Source of the DNA: an uncultured virus (IMG/VR IMGVR_UViG_3300021961_000027)
Taxonomy: Duplodnaviria; Heunggongvirae; Uroviricota; Caudoviricetes
Strand: one strand, 5' to 3'
Length of the DNA stretch: 64,000 bases
IMG/VR virus record: IMGVR_UViG_3300021961_000027
The notes under the pieces are model-generated. The model was not told the origin of the DNA. It saw only the letters and a program-made list of their open reading frames with translations, and did not search any database. A program made the translations under genes and the position numbers. The number at the start of each line of letters is the position of its first letter. Positions within the stretch are counted from its first letter, which is position 1. Below are positions 27,419-37,286 of this stretch, in pieces.

Positions 27419-27637
27419 ATGTTTTTCAGCGAATATCTTCCTCCAGAATATGCTATTCATTACATGAAAGAATATAAGTACGCTATTAGTTTTTATGTCG
27501 TGGGACCCAAAAAGTTACAACAAGTCGAGATCTTAACAGCCACAAGTACAAAAGAGGCTAAGAGGAAATTATTTGAGAAGCATGGTAAAGATAATATTGA
27601 AATAATTCAAGTCGTTAGGTGCCCAGAAAAGGTGTGA
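27419..27637 (+). CDS. hypothetical protein
   Basis: GAGGG RBS, promoter TATAAT at 27365. Confidence 0.6.
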   Translation: MFFSEYLPPEYAIHYMKEYKYAISFYVVGPKKLQQVEILTATSTKEAKRKLFEKHGKDNIEIIQVVRCPEKV

Positions 27638-27641
27638 TATC

Positions 27642-28844
27642 ATGTCTCGCCAAGAAGCGCAAAAGAAGAAAGCAAGAGAGGAAAGACTTCGTAAACAAAA
27701 ACATGCAGAAGCAATAAGGAGAGCATACCCAGCAGTTGTAATGATCAATGAGGATGTAGTCACGCCAGAATTTAGAATTGCTCTTCAAAATGCAATTGAT
27801 AAAATTAACTTCGAAGACATTAAAGAACTAAACGCAGAAGAAGATGCTAGATCATACTTAAAAGCAATTGCTTCTGCATCAAGCTTTGCTGTTCATCAGT
27901 CTGCAAGTGCAAAAAGGCTTGTAGAAACAATTCATTTATATGTTGCAACAATTATTCTTAAAAACTTAGGAATGAACTTTATACAAAATTATATGCCCAT
28001 ACAGGGATTCAGAATTTATATTTGTAAAAATAGAATATTTGTTATCTGTAAATCTTTTGATACGCAAAACGATGGCAAAGGATACTACACCAACCATAGA
28101 ATAATTTATCACCATGAAAAGCCCTGCAAATTGTTTTATTCTAAACATATGTTTCAGAGGCTGCAAGAAAGACTTGCTTATATTAGCAAGTTTAATTGCA
28201 ACGAATATAATAAATTTTTCCAAATAGCAAAAACTTTTTGTCACTTTTATGAATATTGTGATATTGGACTTTACAAAATTACAAGTTCTTTTGACCAAGT
28301 CTTCCTAGACTTTTATGGTTCATTAGAAAAATTTGAATTAGATGCGGGATTGGATTCAGAAACAAACTTTGATGCATGGGAGTCCCATGACAAAATACGA
28401 TTTAATTGTTATCACTTATGGGTGACTGAAAAACTACGGCCATCGATAAACAAAGACCCATCTACCAAGTCTATTCTCAATTTCACAGTTGTGAAAAGAC
28501 TTGTGTGCCCCTTCGTAAAAATAAGCCCCAACAATGATCACAAAAATGATGGAATCTTGATTAAAACATCCTTGCTTCCTGGTTTTGATGGCACAATTGA
28601 ATATCATAAAACCATGTCAACTTTTGCTAAAAACAAAGATAAAGAATTATTATTCGATATTATGCGTACACCAGAAAAAAGGTATGGCAAAGAATTTTTT
28701 CAAGCACAGCTTATATTCCACAAAGCTGGGATTCAACAGTTTTATATGTATACAAACTATGATGCAGTCAACTTCGTTACACGAAGTGTAGGCGAAGATT
28801 TTGACAACATTGTTGAATTTAAAAACAAAAGAAGGAATACTTAA
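27642..28844 (+). CDS. hypothetical protein
   Basis: 400 aa ORF; HMFQRLQER, KTSLLPGFDGTIE. Confidence 0.7.
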   Translation: MSRQEAQKKKAREERLRKQKHAEAIRRAYPAVVMINEDVVTPEFRIALQNAIDKINFEDIKELNAEEDARSYLKAIASASSFAVHQSASAKRLVETIHLYVATIILKNLGMNFIQNYMPIQGFRIYICKNRIFVICKSFDTQNDGKGYYTNHRIIYHHEKPCKLFYSKHMFQRLQERLAYISKFNCNEYNKFFQIAKTFCHFYEYCDIGLYKITSSFDQVFLDFYGSLEKFELDAGLDSETNFDAWESHDKIRFNCYHLWVTEKLRPSINKDPSTKSILNFTVVKRLVCPFVKISPNNDHKNDGILIKTSLLPGFDGTIEYHKTMSTFAKNKDKELLFDIMRTPEKRYGKEFFQAQLIFHKAGIQQFYMYTNYDAVNFVTRSVGEDFDNIVEFKNKRRNT

Positions 28845-30682
28845 TTTTGTAACAGTTCATTCAAACATTTTAGGCTCACAAAGTCCGTGAAACCAAAAGA
28901 TTCTTGTGTAGTCAACTTCTTAACAAGATTTGCTGGCAAAACACTTAGTGGCACTCTTGTTTTTTGACCTGCCGGATCGGTGTAAGCAGATTCTGGATGT
29001 TGTAACAACGAATGAAGAGCATCAAAGTTTATATCGATACCAGCAGCTTTTGCTTTTGCAACAAATTCAGGGTCTGTTAATTTCTTTCTAACTTCTGGAT
29101 CTAGCAGATATTCTTTCAAGGATTGTACAGAAGAAATAATTTGTTTTGTCCTTGGTCCAATTTTTTTAGATAAGCTTTTGCCAGAAAATACTACTTGAAT
29201 TGCATCATAAAGTTTATTTAATTCATCAGGCACTCTGTTTTTGGCTGTTGGGAAGGTTTGTATTAAATCATTCGCTTTGGGCTTGCCTGAAACAGGAGCA
29301 GCCTTTCTATTTGTTAGTCTTGGTTCAGTCTTACGCATGTCTACATTCTTTTTATCTTTGTGAACATGTCTAGCATCAAAATTTCTCATTATGAGGATTG
29401 CTTTTGATACCTTTTTATACAAATTCGTTTTCTCGATTAATTCTGGCCCTTTGGCGGGGTCGTTTATAAACAAGGTGTCACACGCCTCTGGATTTAATCC
29501 GGGGTCAGAAGGGCCAACCATGAAGCCTGTGGCCTCTTTAGACCAGCCCGATCCTTCAGAATTGTAGCTGTCAAATGCCAAGTTTCCCTTGGCTGTAAGA
29601 CCGACAATTAGTCCATTTTTCTTTTCAGTTATTGGGCTGTAGCCACTTGTAATTTCATTTTCATCTTCAGCACCATGAATATGGTCGTCTAAAAATCTTG
29701 CATCATGTCTATCGCCATCAATTACTTCATAACAATGAAATAATCCTGGGAATAATAGTTGGCCAGCAAATTTGGATAATTCCTCATCCGATGGATAAGC
29801 ATTATGTGATAACAATTCTTTTCTTATTTGGTTTCTGTATTCTTCTTGTTTTTCGTAAGTATTAACATTCATCGGATATTTTAAAGATTTGAATAAATCA
29901 GTAACACTTGCAGGGAATACAAGTTTGTCTAAACTAGAAAGCTTGCCAGGACCAAAAGCTACTGCAAGATTTTTGCCTTGGCTAAGAGTCTTTTTGGCAG
30001 TGTTTGTGAAATTGCCACCATAAGATAAAGTTAAATGGTAATTTGAGGGCAACTCTTGGTTATTAAATGCTGCCATTTGGGATGGAAGTTTTGTATAATC
30101 ATAAAACACAACATCTGGAAATACTTCAAAAATAGTTCTGCCATCTGGTGTTTTTATATTATTCCATACTATATCTTGTGTACCATTTAATCTTATTACT
30201 AATTGTTTATGAACAGAATCAGATTTAGCATTGAACTTATCAATTGAATTCTTTTTTGCTGCAATTTGTTTTATGATTTGCTCTAGGGCTTTCTCCCTTT
30301 CCATAACGAAAAACCAAGTCTTCCTTAGTCTTCCAACAGTTTTGCCTACCAAAGCTCCAACATTACCAGAAGTATGCAAGCAAGTAGCTGCACATGCTTT
30401 ACTAGCACACATGCACAAATTCAAACCACTTTGTTTTGATGGTAAAAGATTAATCAAATAAGTTTCAAAAACAACATCTTTACCATCTTTTTTAAATGAT
30501 TTCAAAAGTTTGTTTTTATCGACTTTTGGATTGCTTGTAAGCCAGTCTTCTTTATCTTTCCAAGGAGTCTTTGCTGCCTCTAGAAAAAAGTCTACTTCGA
30601 AATTCAAATAATTATCATCATTAATCACTGACTCATTTAAATGAGACGATACTTTTGTATAAAATGTTTCAAATATATTCAT
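28841..30682 (-). CDS. GP88-like (radical-SAM-related) phage protein with insertions
   Basis: NLCMCASKACAATCL, IRLNGTQDI.W, FYDYTK, NYHLTLS, IDGDRHDARFLD, VGLTAKG. Confidence 0.75.
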   Translation of the reverse strand: MNIFETFYTKVSSHLNESVINDDNYLNFEVDFFLEAAKTPWKDKEDWLTSNPKVDKNKLLKSFKKDGKDVVFETYLINLLPSKQSGLNLCMCASKACAATCLHTSGNVGALVGKTVGRLRKTWFFVMEREKALEQIIKQIAAKKNSIDKFNAKSDSVHKQLVIRLNGTQDIVWNNIKTPDGRTIFEVFPDVVFYDYTKLPSQMAAFNNQELPSNYHLTLSYGGNFTNTAKKTLSQGKNLAVAFGPGKLSSLDKLVFPASVTDLFKSLKYPMNVNTYEKQEEYRNQIRKELLSHNAYPSDEELSKFAGQLLFPGLFHCYEVIDGDRHDARFLDDHIHGAEDENEITSGYSPITEKKNGLIVGLTAKGNLAFDSYNSEGSGWSKEATGFMVGPSDPGLNPEACDTLFINDPAKGPELIEKTNLYKKVSKAILIMRNFDARHVHKDKKNVDMRKTEPRLTNRKAAPVSGKPKANDLIQTFPTAKNRVPDELNKLYDAIQVVFSGKSLSKKIGPRTKQIISSVQSLKEYLLDPEVRKKLTDPEFVAKAKAAGIDINFDALHSLLQHPESAYTDPAGQKTRVPLSVLPANLVKKLTTQESFGFTDFVSLKCLNELLQN

Positions 30683-30700
30683 ATTATATTTACTATTTTG

Positions 30701-32812
30701 CTATAGTTTTAATAAAGTTTGCATCATTTCTTTTAAATTTGTTTCCATAATTTTACATGCTGAATCATTATCGCCATATGATATAATAATATTATTTTCT
30801 TTTAATATCATGCTAGATGGAAAGTTGCATATTATAAAGCCTTCTTTTCTGTAGTGTTTTTCGGCAGCAGACTCCGCTGGCAGGAACGCTCTGTTGGCAC
30901 ACATAGTGACTTTAAATGGAGGTTTGGCTTCGAATAAATAACACCCATTATCGTAATAATGTGTTGAATTTATCAACTGAGAAGTATGGAATGTGCCTAA
31001 AAAATTACCATCGGGCAGCCTGACAGGATTTGTGCTGCCTCTTAATTGACTCGGAACAAACCATAAGCTGTTCCATGCGTTTTCAAAAGCAAGATAAACT
31101 GCTTCGTCAGCATATCCTTTGAGAATATAAATTCTATGAGGATTAATATCAGAGATTAAATAAATAACATTTTCATGCACAAAAGGTATCCAATTTTTCT
31201 GTCTGCCTTCCAAGCTTTTTGGACTTATACGAAATCTTTTTCCATCAACTAAAACTCCATCTCTTTTATCCATAATAATTTTCCCAACCATGTATTCTTT
31301 GGACATTTCCTCTTCAAAAGTAGAGTATGTCATCATCAACTTGTTGTCTGGAGTCCATAGCAATCGAGGATCGGCTGCTCTTTCATTTGTAATTATTTTT
31401 TCTGAATTTTTTATTATATTGTAATCCTGGTCCAAAATACATGCAACCAAGTGGTCTTCGTTTTTACGATAAACACAAACAAACTGATCAAATAAATCTA
31501 TAATTGCAGGATTAAATGCCCCCATATCTTTGGTTTCAATTGTTTTGTGAGTTGCTGATATTTTACAAATAAATTCTTTTCTAGGTCTAAGTTCTATAGT
31601 TGCATGGTTTACTTTTTTAAGATACTCTGTCATAGAGTTTATTCTATCTTCCCTATTCATTCCAACAAAATGAAGCATAAAATCTCCATTCCTATAGGGC
31701 TTGGGGTACTTAAAAGCAGGAGCATTTGTTCCATCGGTGAACATCATATTCATGGGAATATAAGAATTAAAACTAGATTGATCTAGAACTTTTGTTCTAG
31801 ACAAAAGTTTGCCATCAGTTGCAAGATTTGCAGAAAAAGAAATTTGGTCTGACCAGCCACTTTGTGTTTTACCAGAATTATCAACCCAAGATCTTGAAAG
31901 AAAATTTATTATTCGTGGAGTATTTCTTACTAAGAATTGACCATTGTTTAGTGAATTAATGTCAAAAGTTACAAATAAATCATAATTTTCATCTATGAAA
32001 TCTTCTAATCTTATTTCTTGATTCATAATCAGAGAATCTATATCGTTATAGAATACCCAATCGTAAAAAGGCAAACAGTCTAATACAGCTAAAAACTTAT
32101 TATATGCAACATGTTTATAAGGTGATTTATTTTCCATATTGTAAAAAATGCAATCATAGTTATGTTTCTTACAGTATTGACTTTTATTATTATGGGTGAT
32201 ATTATACAAGTATTCATAGTTTGAATCATATACTGACACTAAAGCTATTTTATATTTTTTGGGCTTAATTATATACCAAGTTGAACATGTTCCAACTGTA
32301 AAATCTAACTGATTATCTACAGAGAATTTGTTTACAGCAGATTTAGTTTCGTATTTACCTTTAATTTTTGGATCATGCAAATCGCTGTTGCCAAAGTTGC
32401 TCCCGCATAAAAGGCCTCCTTGTTTAATTTTTGGCCACCAAGACTTTATATCAGACAAAATATTTTCAAATGTATAATGAGCATTTAGATAAATGAAATC
32501 AAAAGTATCATCTTCAAAATCATCATATACTTTTTCGCTAAAATTTTTAATAATTTCAACTTTATTTTTATAAGTTTCTAAGTTATTCAAAGTTTTATAA
32601 AAGTTATTCTTATGACTTTCGTTTGTTTTGCTCTGAATATCACATTCGTCTTCTTTTTGTAGATCCCAAGGATCTATGACGATTAATTTGCTGCCATTCC
32701 ATTCAGTACGGAGTAATTTTGCGAAAGATCCATCATCCGCACCAATGACTGCGCCTTTTCCATAAAAATTGTGCGTGTGCAACCAACGAGGAATATTATT
32801 TTTAGTAAACAT
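30701..32812 (-). CDS. fusion: class I methyltransferase + GT34-like glycosyltransferase + GH130-like glycosidase propeller
   Basis: IDPW/FDFIYL/WWPKIKQGG; YCKKHNY, DIDSLIMN, LNNGQF; RQKNWIPF, ISYGDND. Confidence 0.75.
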   Translation of the reverse strand: MFTKNNIPRWLHTHNFYGKGAVIGADDGSFAKLLRTEWNGSKLIVIDPWDLQKEDECDIQSKTNESHKNNFYKTLNNLETYKNKVEIIKNFSEKVYDDFEDDTFDFIYLNAHYTFENILSDIKSWWPKIKQGGLLCGSNFGNSDLHDPKIKGKYETKSAVNKFSVDNQLDFTVGTCSTWYIIKPKKYKIALVSVYDSNYEYLYNITHNNKSQYCKKHNYDCIFYNMENKSPYKHVAYNKFLAVLDCLPFYDWVFYNDIDSLIMNQEIRLEDFIDENYDLFVTFDINSLNNGQFLVRNTPRIINFLSRSWVDNSGKTQSGWSDQISFSANLATDGKLLSRTKVLDQSSFNSYIPMNMMFTDGTNAPAFKYPKPYRNGDFMLHFVGMNREDRINSMTEYLKKVNHATIELRPRKEFICKISATHKTIETKDMGAFNPAIIDLFDQFVCVYRKNEDHLVACILDQDYNIIKNSEKIITNERAADPRLLWTPDNKLMMTYSTFEEEMSKEYMVGKIIMDKRDGVLVDGKRFRISPKSLEGRQKNWIPFVHENVIYLISDINPHRIYILKGYADEAVYLAFENAWNSLWFVPSQLRGSTNPVRLPDGNFLGTFHTSQLINSTHYYDNGCYLFEAKPPFKVTMCANRAFLPAESAAEKHYRKEGFIICNFPSSMILKENNIIISYGDNDSACKIMETNLKEMMQTLLKL

Positions 32813-32841
32813 ATTTGTAAATGAGAAATTTTTCCACAAAA

Positions 32842-32869
32842 TTGTTTTAAACCATCGAGCGGCTATAAT
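32842..32869 (+). promoter_or_regulatory. tRNA promoter TTGTTT-N16-TATAAT
   Basis: 11 nt upstream of the tRNA 5' end. Confidence 0.65.
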
Positions 32870-32880
32870 TAATTCTGTAG

Positions 32881-33147
32881 GGGGCGTTAGCTTAATGGAT
32901 AAAGCCCTTGCCTTTAAAAGGAGCGTTATAAGAGAAATCTTATAATGGATCGTGTCAAATTCGGTGGATCCTTAACTGGTAACGCCGAGCCAAGCCCGGA
33001 AACGGGAAGGTGTAGAGACTGTACGGCACGGATCTGAACAGGTAATGCTGAAGATCAAGACACAGTCCAGACCACAAACCGCAAGGGTGGCGAAAGCCAT
33101 AGTGGTAAGCTAAGCAAGAAATAGAGGTTCGATTCCTCTACGCCCTA
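32881..33147 (+). tRNA. tRNA-Arg(UCU), intron-containing (exons 32881-32914 and 33110-33147)
   Basis: Acceptor GGGGCGT/ACGCCCT, D arm GCTT/AAGC with A20, anticodon stem CTTGC/GCAAG, spliced loop CT-TCT-AA, T arm GAGG-TTCGATT-CCTC. Confidence 0.85.
32915..33109 (+). ncRNA. group I intron (IC3-like), 195 nt
   Basis: AAATTCGGTGGA, CCGAGCCAAG, GTAGAGACT, AAGACACAGTCC core; 5' exon ends in U, intron ends in G. Confidence 0.85.
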
Positions 33148-33220
33148 CTAATATAAAAAAATTATCTTGAATATAAATCGTAGTTCTAATAAACTCAGGC
33201 TCCACTTAAGGAGCCAAACA

Positions 33221-33433
33221 ATGAAAGATATACTAAATAATCAAAACAAACTGATGCGTATAATTTTTGGCAAAGAAAGAAACATAAGTTTTAATTACCA
33301 AGAACTACAAGAAGTAGTATTTGCTCTACAAGCTAGATTTAGAAGATTGAAAAGAACAGGAGCAAGTAAGAAATATATAAAATTTGTAAAAAATTTAGAA
33401 ACTAATCTAAATGACATTTTAGATCAGTATTGA
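33221..33433 (+). CDS. hypothetical protein
   Basis: AAGGAG RBS. Confidence 0.65.
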   Translation: MKDILNNQNKLMRIIFGKERNISFNYQELQEVVFALQARFRRLKRTGASKKYIKFVKNLETNLNDILDQY

Positions 33434-33438
33434 AAACA

Positions 33439-33469
33439 AAAAGGCAGCGGATATACCACTGCCTTTCTA
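33439..33469. terminator. bidirectional terminator
   Basis: AAAGGCAGCGG/CCACTGCCTTT between convergent genes. Confidence 0.65.
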
Positions 33470-33491
33470 TTGTTTGAATACCTAGATGGTA

Positions 33492-33710
33492 TTAGCCATC
33501 AATCCAGCTAAGATCAGATAGAACTTCGGGAACATCGGTGAATGTTTGTCCGTCATTCATTTCGTTGACCTTATAGACAGTACCAGATACTACAGTTGTG
33601 ACGTAGCCAGTTCTTTGCTTAGAAAGACCGCTCATAACGCTGGTATCTAGGCTACCCTCTGTGCCCAAGTTTCTGAGAGCAGGGGTCAAAGCTAGTGTAA
33701 AAGTTGCCAT
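33492..33710 (-). CDS. small late or structural protein
   Basis: AGGAG RBS before MATFTL; TAAATA upstream. Confidence 0.6.
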   Translation of the reverse strand: MATFTLALTPALRNLGTEGSLDTSVMSGLSKQRTGYVTTVVSGTVYKVNEMNDGQTFTDVPEVLSDLSWIDG

Positions 33711-33784
33711 ATTCTCTCCTATAAAAAAAAGACATGCATGCCTCTTAGGCATAATTATTTATTATATATGTTAGATTTTTTATT

Positions 33785-34237
33785 TTAATTTTTGCTGGTC
33801 ATGACCAAAGCCCAAAATCCTTCACATACACAAATACCCATTTCGTCGTAATACCCAGATAATAATTTTGCTCTGGAATCTTGGTGACTACGAATGTCTG
33901 TAGCAAAATCCTCTGCTTTTCCAGTAGTTTTTACAACAATCATGGTTCTATATGAACAGCTTTTTTTCAAAAACCTTAATTTAAAATCCAGACCAAGAGG
34001 GTGCAACTCTGCTGATAGAGTTTGATATTTGGCCATATATTTGGAATGTTCTTGTGCTATTTGTACAAGAACATGGTTACTAGAAAGAGGCAAAAGGCCA
34101 TTATCTTGTCTAAAAACATTTACATATGCATTTGCCAAGGAGCTTTCTTTTATATCATCGATGGTAATTTCGACAGACTTTTTGCCTAAAATAAAAGCTT
34201 GGAGGCTTTCCAGAATTTTTTTTAGAAAATTCATCAT
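33785..34237 (-). CDS. CAP (SCP) domain protein
   Basis: VNVFRQDNGL.PL, AQEHSKYMA, S....AKLL, EMGI. Confidence 0.75.
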   Translation of the reverse strand: MMNFLKKILESLQAFILGKKSVEITIDDIKESSLANAYVNVFRQDNGLLPLSSNHVLVQIAQEHSKYMAKYQTLSAELHPLGLDFKLRFLKKSCSYRTMIVVKTTGKAEDFATDIRSHQDSRAKLLSGYYDEMGICVCEGFWALVMTSKN

Positions 34238-34332
34238 ATTTTTTGAGCCTCAGAGGGTGGCAGATTGTTTTAGTTACCCCGCAAACATATTATAATCCTG
34301 CGACGAGAGCGGATCCAAACCTAGGAGTGACA

Positions 34333-34623
34333 ATGCGTTACAGTAAAAAAAATATTGACCTATCGATTTTTGCCAAGTTTGTAGTTGCCCATGCTATGTG
34401 TAGTTCTGTGGATGAACTGGCAGAAATTTTGGAAATGGACAAAAAGCAAGTGCAAAGCACAATCGTTAACTTAAAAAAGCAAGGGGTAATGCTCAAAAAA
34501 TATCGTAGAGGTCGTAAACCAGATCATTCTAAATTTTTGAATTCTCTCTACAAAGCTGCTCTTTCGATTGTTGAGAAAGATGACACGACAAAGCTTTTTC
34601 CTAGCTTAAGACGTGCAGTATAG
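34333..34623 (+). CDS. HTH DNA-binding protein
   Basis: SVDELAEILEMDKKQVQSTIVNLKKQG; AGGAG RBS. Confidence 0.6.
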   Translation: MRYSKKNIDLSIFAKFVVAHAMCSSVDELAEILEMDKKQVQSTIVNLKKQGVMLKKYRRGRKPDHSKFLNSLYKAALSIVEKDDTTKLFPSLRRAV

Positions 34624-34646
34624 TATTAATATAAAGGAGAAACACA

Positions 34647-34973
34647 ATGAGCGTAGAAGCAATTTGGGATGAAATTGAAATTGGTAATGCTCCCTATAAG
34701 GAAGCATCAACTACTGTTGATTCCGAAGATTACCCTGAAAAAGCTAGAAAAGAGGTAGCGGAATTCAAGAAACAGTTGATTAGAAAGTTTGGCAAAAGAA
34801 AAGATGCTGAATTCCTAATTAAACGCATTAAGCAGAAAAATGCAACTTATTACACGGTCGTTCTCGTTTACAATGTAAATGATAATGAATCAAGTAATTT
34901 TGCATTTATTCAAGTTGAAGACAATGTACCGGATTATTGGGATTCAGTAGCCAAAAAGAATCTAGATCATTAA
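34647..34973 (+). CDS. hypothetical phage protein
   Basis: AAGGAG RBS; P.YWD C-terminus. Confidence 0.7.
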   Translation: MSVEAIWDEIEIGNAPYKEASTTVDSEDYPEKARKEVAEFKKQLIRKFGKRKDAEFLIKRIKQKNATYYTVVLVYNVNDNESSNFAFIQVEDNVPDYWDSVAKKNLDH

Positions 34974-35566
34974 TCTCTTTTTATAAATTTGCCATCCATT
35001 TTTACAAAGTGGGTGGCAAATTTATATGGTATTCTAATGAAATCTTCTATATTTGCTCCTAAAGACTCATCTGTATTACATATCTTTCTAACCCTGTGAC
35101 AACCATGCTCTGGCATAACAAAATTAGGACTCGGTGATATTCTTCCAAATCCAGAATATTCTTCTCCGCAATCTTTATACGCCATAGAAACATACTTCAT
35201 TGGAATTATCAAACATTCTGTCAAATCTTTCTTTCCCATAAAAAATACTCCTTTATTTTCTGTGTTGATTGCATATTTTGATTTTCTAGCCGGTATATCA
35301 ATTCCATCATAAATATATCTCCATATTTTGTCGCCTTTCAACTCAACTTCGACATAAATTTCTAGTTTTTTAGCTTCAAAATATATCTCTAAATCTGTTT
35401 TCTCATAGTTTAATATTCCTTTATCATCAATATCATTAGTTCTAGCAATTCCGCCATTTTCTTTAAAAAACTGTATGGCAAATCTTTTTCCCAAAGAATC
35501 ATTTTTAGAATTCCTTGCAGAATTGAATTTGCCAAGAATCATTCCGTTCTTCTGGTATGTGTCCAT
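34970..35566 (-). CDS. PD-(D/E)XK nuclease-like protein
   Basis: TDL...YVEVELK...W...IPARKSKY. Confidence 0.55.
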   Translation of the reverse strand: MDTYQKNGMILGKFNSARNSKNDSLGKRFAIQFFKENGGIARTNDIDDKGILNYEKTDLEIYFEAKKLEIYVEVELKGDKIWRYIYDGIDIPARKSKYAINTENKGVFFMGKKDLTECLIIPMKYVSMAYKDCGEEYSGFGRISPSPNFVMPEHGCHRVRKICNTDESLGANIEDFIRIPYKFATHFVKMDGKFIKRD

Positions 35567-35630
35567 AAGATCCTCGCATTTCCTACTATTATAATTTCAT
35601 CCTTATTTTCATTCAAGAGAAAGGCTTATC

Positions 35631-35876
35631 ATGGCACAAGGTTTAAAAGGCAATAAAATCAAAGCCAAGCGTATTGGCGACATGCAAAAGGTTCTAAACA
35701 ATCTTGCCCATCCTGCTGCTGCTGCAAAATACAATCATGTAAGAGTACAGCTAGAAGATGGTAAAGAAGTTCATATGTTGTTTACCGATTCAGAAATACA
35801 AAAAGCATTGGATAGGGCCAAGAAAAATCCTGAAGATTGTCCCGCAGTAAGTATTTTTCGTGATATTTTAGATTGA
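35631..35876 (+). CDS. hypothetical protein
   Basis: LFTDSEIQKALDRAKKNPED. Confidence 0.7.
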   Translation: MAQGLKGNKIKAKRIGDMQKVLNNLAHPAAAAKYNHVRVQLEDGKEVHMLFTDSEIQKALDRAKKNPEDCPAVSIFRDILD

Positions 35877-35895
35877 TATTACTTAATTAAATATT

Positions 35896-36114
35896 ATGAC
35901 ACCAGAAATATTACTATCAGATAAGTTTGTTGAATTTTCACAAAAGATCTCTGCACTTCATGAGACAAAAAAATCCATGAGTGCAGAGATTAAAAAGCTT
36001 GTTGAAGACCACAAGCTTAAGATGAAAAAAATTGATGATGAAGCTGCTGCGCTGACTGCCGAATTTACCAACTGGCAGAATTCTCAAAACAAACCTACAC
36101 AGCCTGCGAAGTAG
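35896..36114 (+). CDS. coiled-coil protein
   Basis: TAAATA 2 nt upstream of ATG. Confidence 0.65.
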   Translation: MTPEILLSDKFVEFSQKISALHETKKSMSAEIKKLVEDHKLKMKKIDDEAAALTAEFTNWQNSQNKPTQPAK

Positions 36115-36122
36115 AGGTAAAT

Positions 36123-36668
36123 ATGCCAGTTTATGAAAATGTCCCAACAATTCAGATGTATCCATATCCTGAATTGAATAAGCGTAAAATATTTGAAGGT
36201 ATAAACTTTGACTCAATATTAGATGTAGGCGCTGGGCATGGTGGTGTTTTTGATCTAGACTATTGGGAAAAAAATAATACTTCTCGCAAAGAAGCTTGCG
36301 ATATATTCTGGATTAGACCTATGCCGAATGGATGGACAACTAAAACAGGCGTAGATGTTATGGAGTTAGACAAGCACTATAAAGAAAATGAATTTGATTT
36401 CGTACAGTGCTGTGAAACTCTTGAACATGTTGCAAATCCTAAGCTTGCATTGCAACAACTAAAAAGAGTAGCTAGAAAAGCTGTTTTTCTAAGTAGTGCC
36501 GATGAAATGCATCACATAGGTGAAGAACAACTTGCAATCGAAAAAGAAAATCCAAATCAAGCCTACAGAGGCCAGCCTAGTGTAGAAGATATGGTTGAAC
36601 TTGGATTTACAGTCATGGTTGAAGCAGAAGAAAAGAGACAGCTTTTTGCTTGGCTTATAAAGTCTTAG
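36123..36668 (+). CDS. class I SAM-dependent methyltransferase
   Basis: ILDVGAGHG, FDFVQCCETLEHV. Confidence 0.85.
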   Translation: MPVYENVPTIQMYPYPELNKRKIFEGINFDSILDVGAGHGGVFDLDYWEKNNTSRKEACDIFWIRPMPNGWTTKTGVDVMELDKHYKENEFDFVQCCETLEHVANPKLALQQLKRVARKAVFLSSADEMHHIGEEQLAIEKENPNQAYRGQPSVEDMVELGFTVMVEAEEKRQLFAWLIKS

Positions 36669-37285
36669 TTCTTTTGAAGTACCATACAATCTTTGCCAAC
36701 TACTCCCAACTCCTCGCAATACTGTCTTAAAAAGTTTAGACCTTTTTGCGTAGAAATTTCAGAACCATTTTCGCTCCAACTTATATCATCAAAGAAAATA
36801 TATCCACCAGATTTTACTTTTGGAAAATAATTTACTGAATCTTCGTATGCTAATTTTTCACAATGATTTCCATCTATATGCAAAATATCAATTGAATTAT
36901 CAGCAAATAAATCTATTACATCAATAGATTTATTTTTTAATAATTTGCAATAATCTTCAACACCAAATCTTTCTATATTATATTTGCAATGTAAATAAAC
37001 TTGATTAAGGTCTAAACCTCCCCACCATTCCTTGTTTGCTTGGCTTTCCATTTCTTCTATAGCAGAATGATTGCACCAAGGATCTATGCCATAAACTAAT
37101 CCTTTACCATTTTCTTTTAAAGCAATTGCTTGTGGTATTAAAGAAGATCCTCCAAAAACTCCAATTTCTAAACACAAGTCTGGTTTTATATCATTAATGA
37201 TTTCGATAAATTTCAATGCTTTATCAGCAGAACACCAGCCTTGAATAGTCGGCAAATCTTTATTTACAAATTCTAAAAAATCCAT
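36665..37285 (-). CDS. Methyltransf_24-like methyltransferase
   Basis: LEIGVFGGSS, GIDPW, IDILHIDGNH, GGYIFFDD. Confidence 0.85.
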   Translation of the reverse strand: MDFLEFVNKDLPTIQGWCSADKALKFIEIINDIKPDLCLEIGVFGGSSLIPQAIALKENGKGLVYGIDPWCNHSAIEEMESQANKEWWGGLDLNQVYLHCKYNIERFGVEDYCKLLKNKSIDVIDLFADNSIDILHIDGNHCEKLAYEDSVNYFPKVKSGGYIFFDDISWSENGSEISTQKGLNFLRQYCEELGVVGKDCMVLQKN

Positions 37286-37286
37286 A

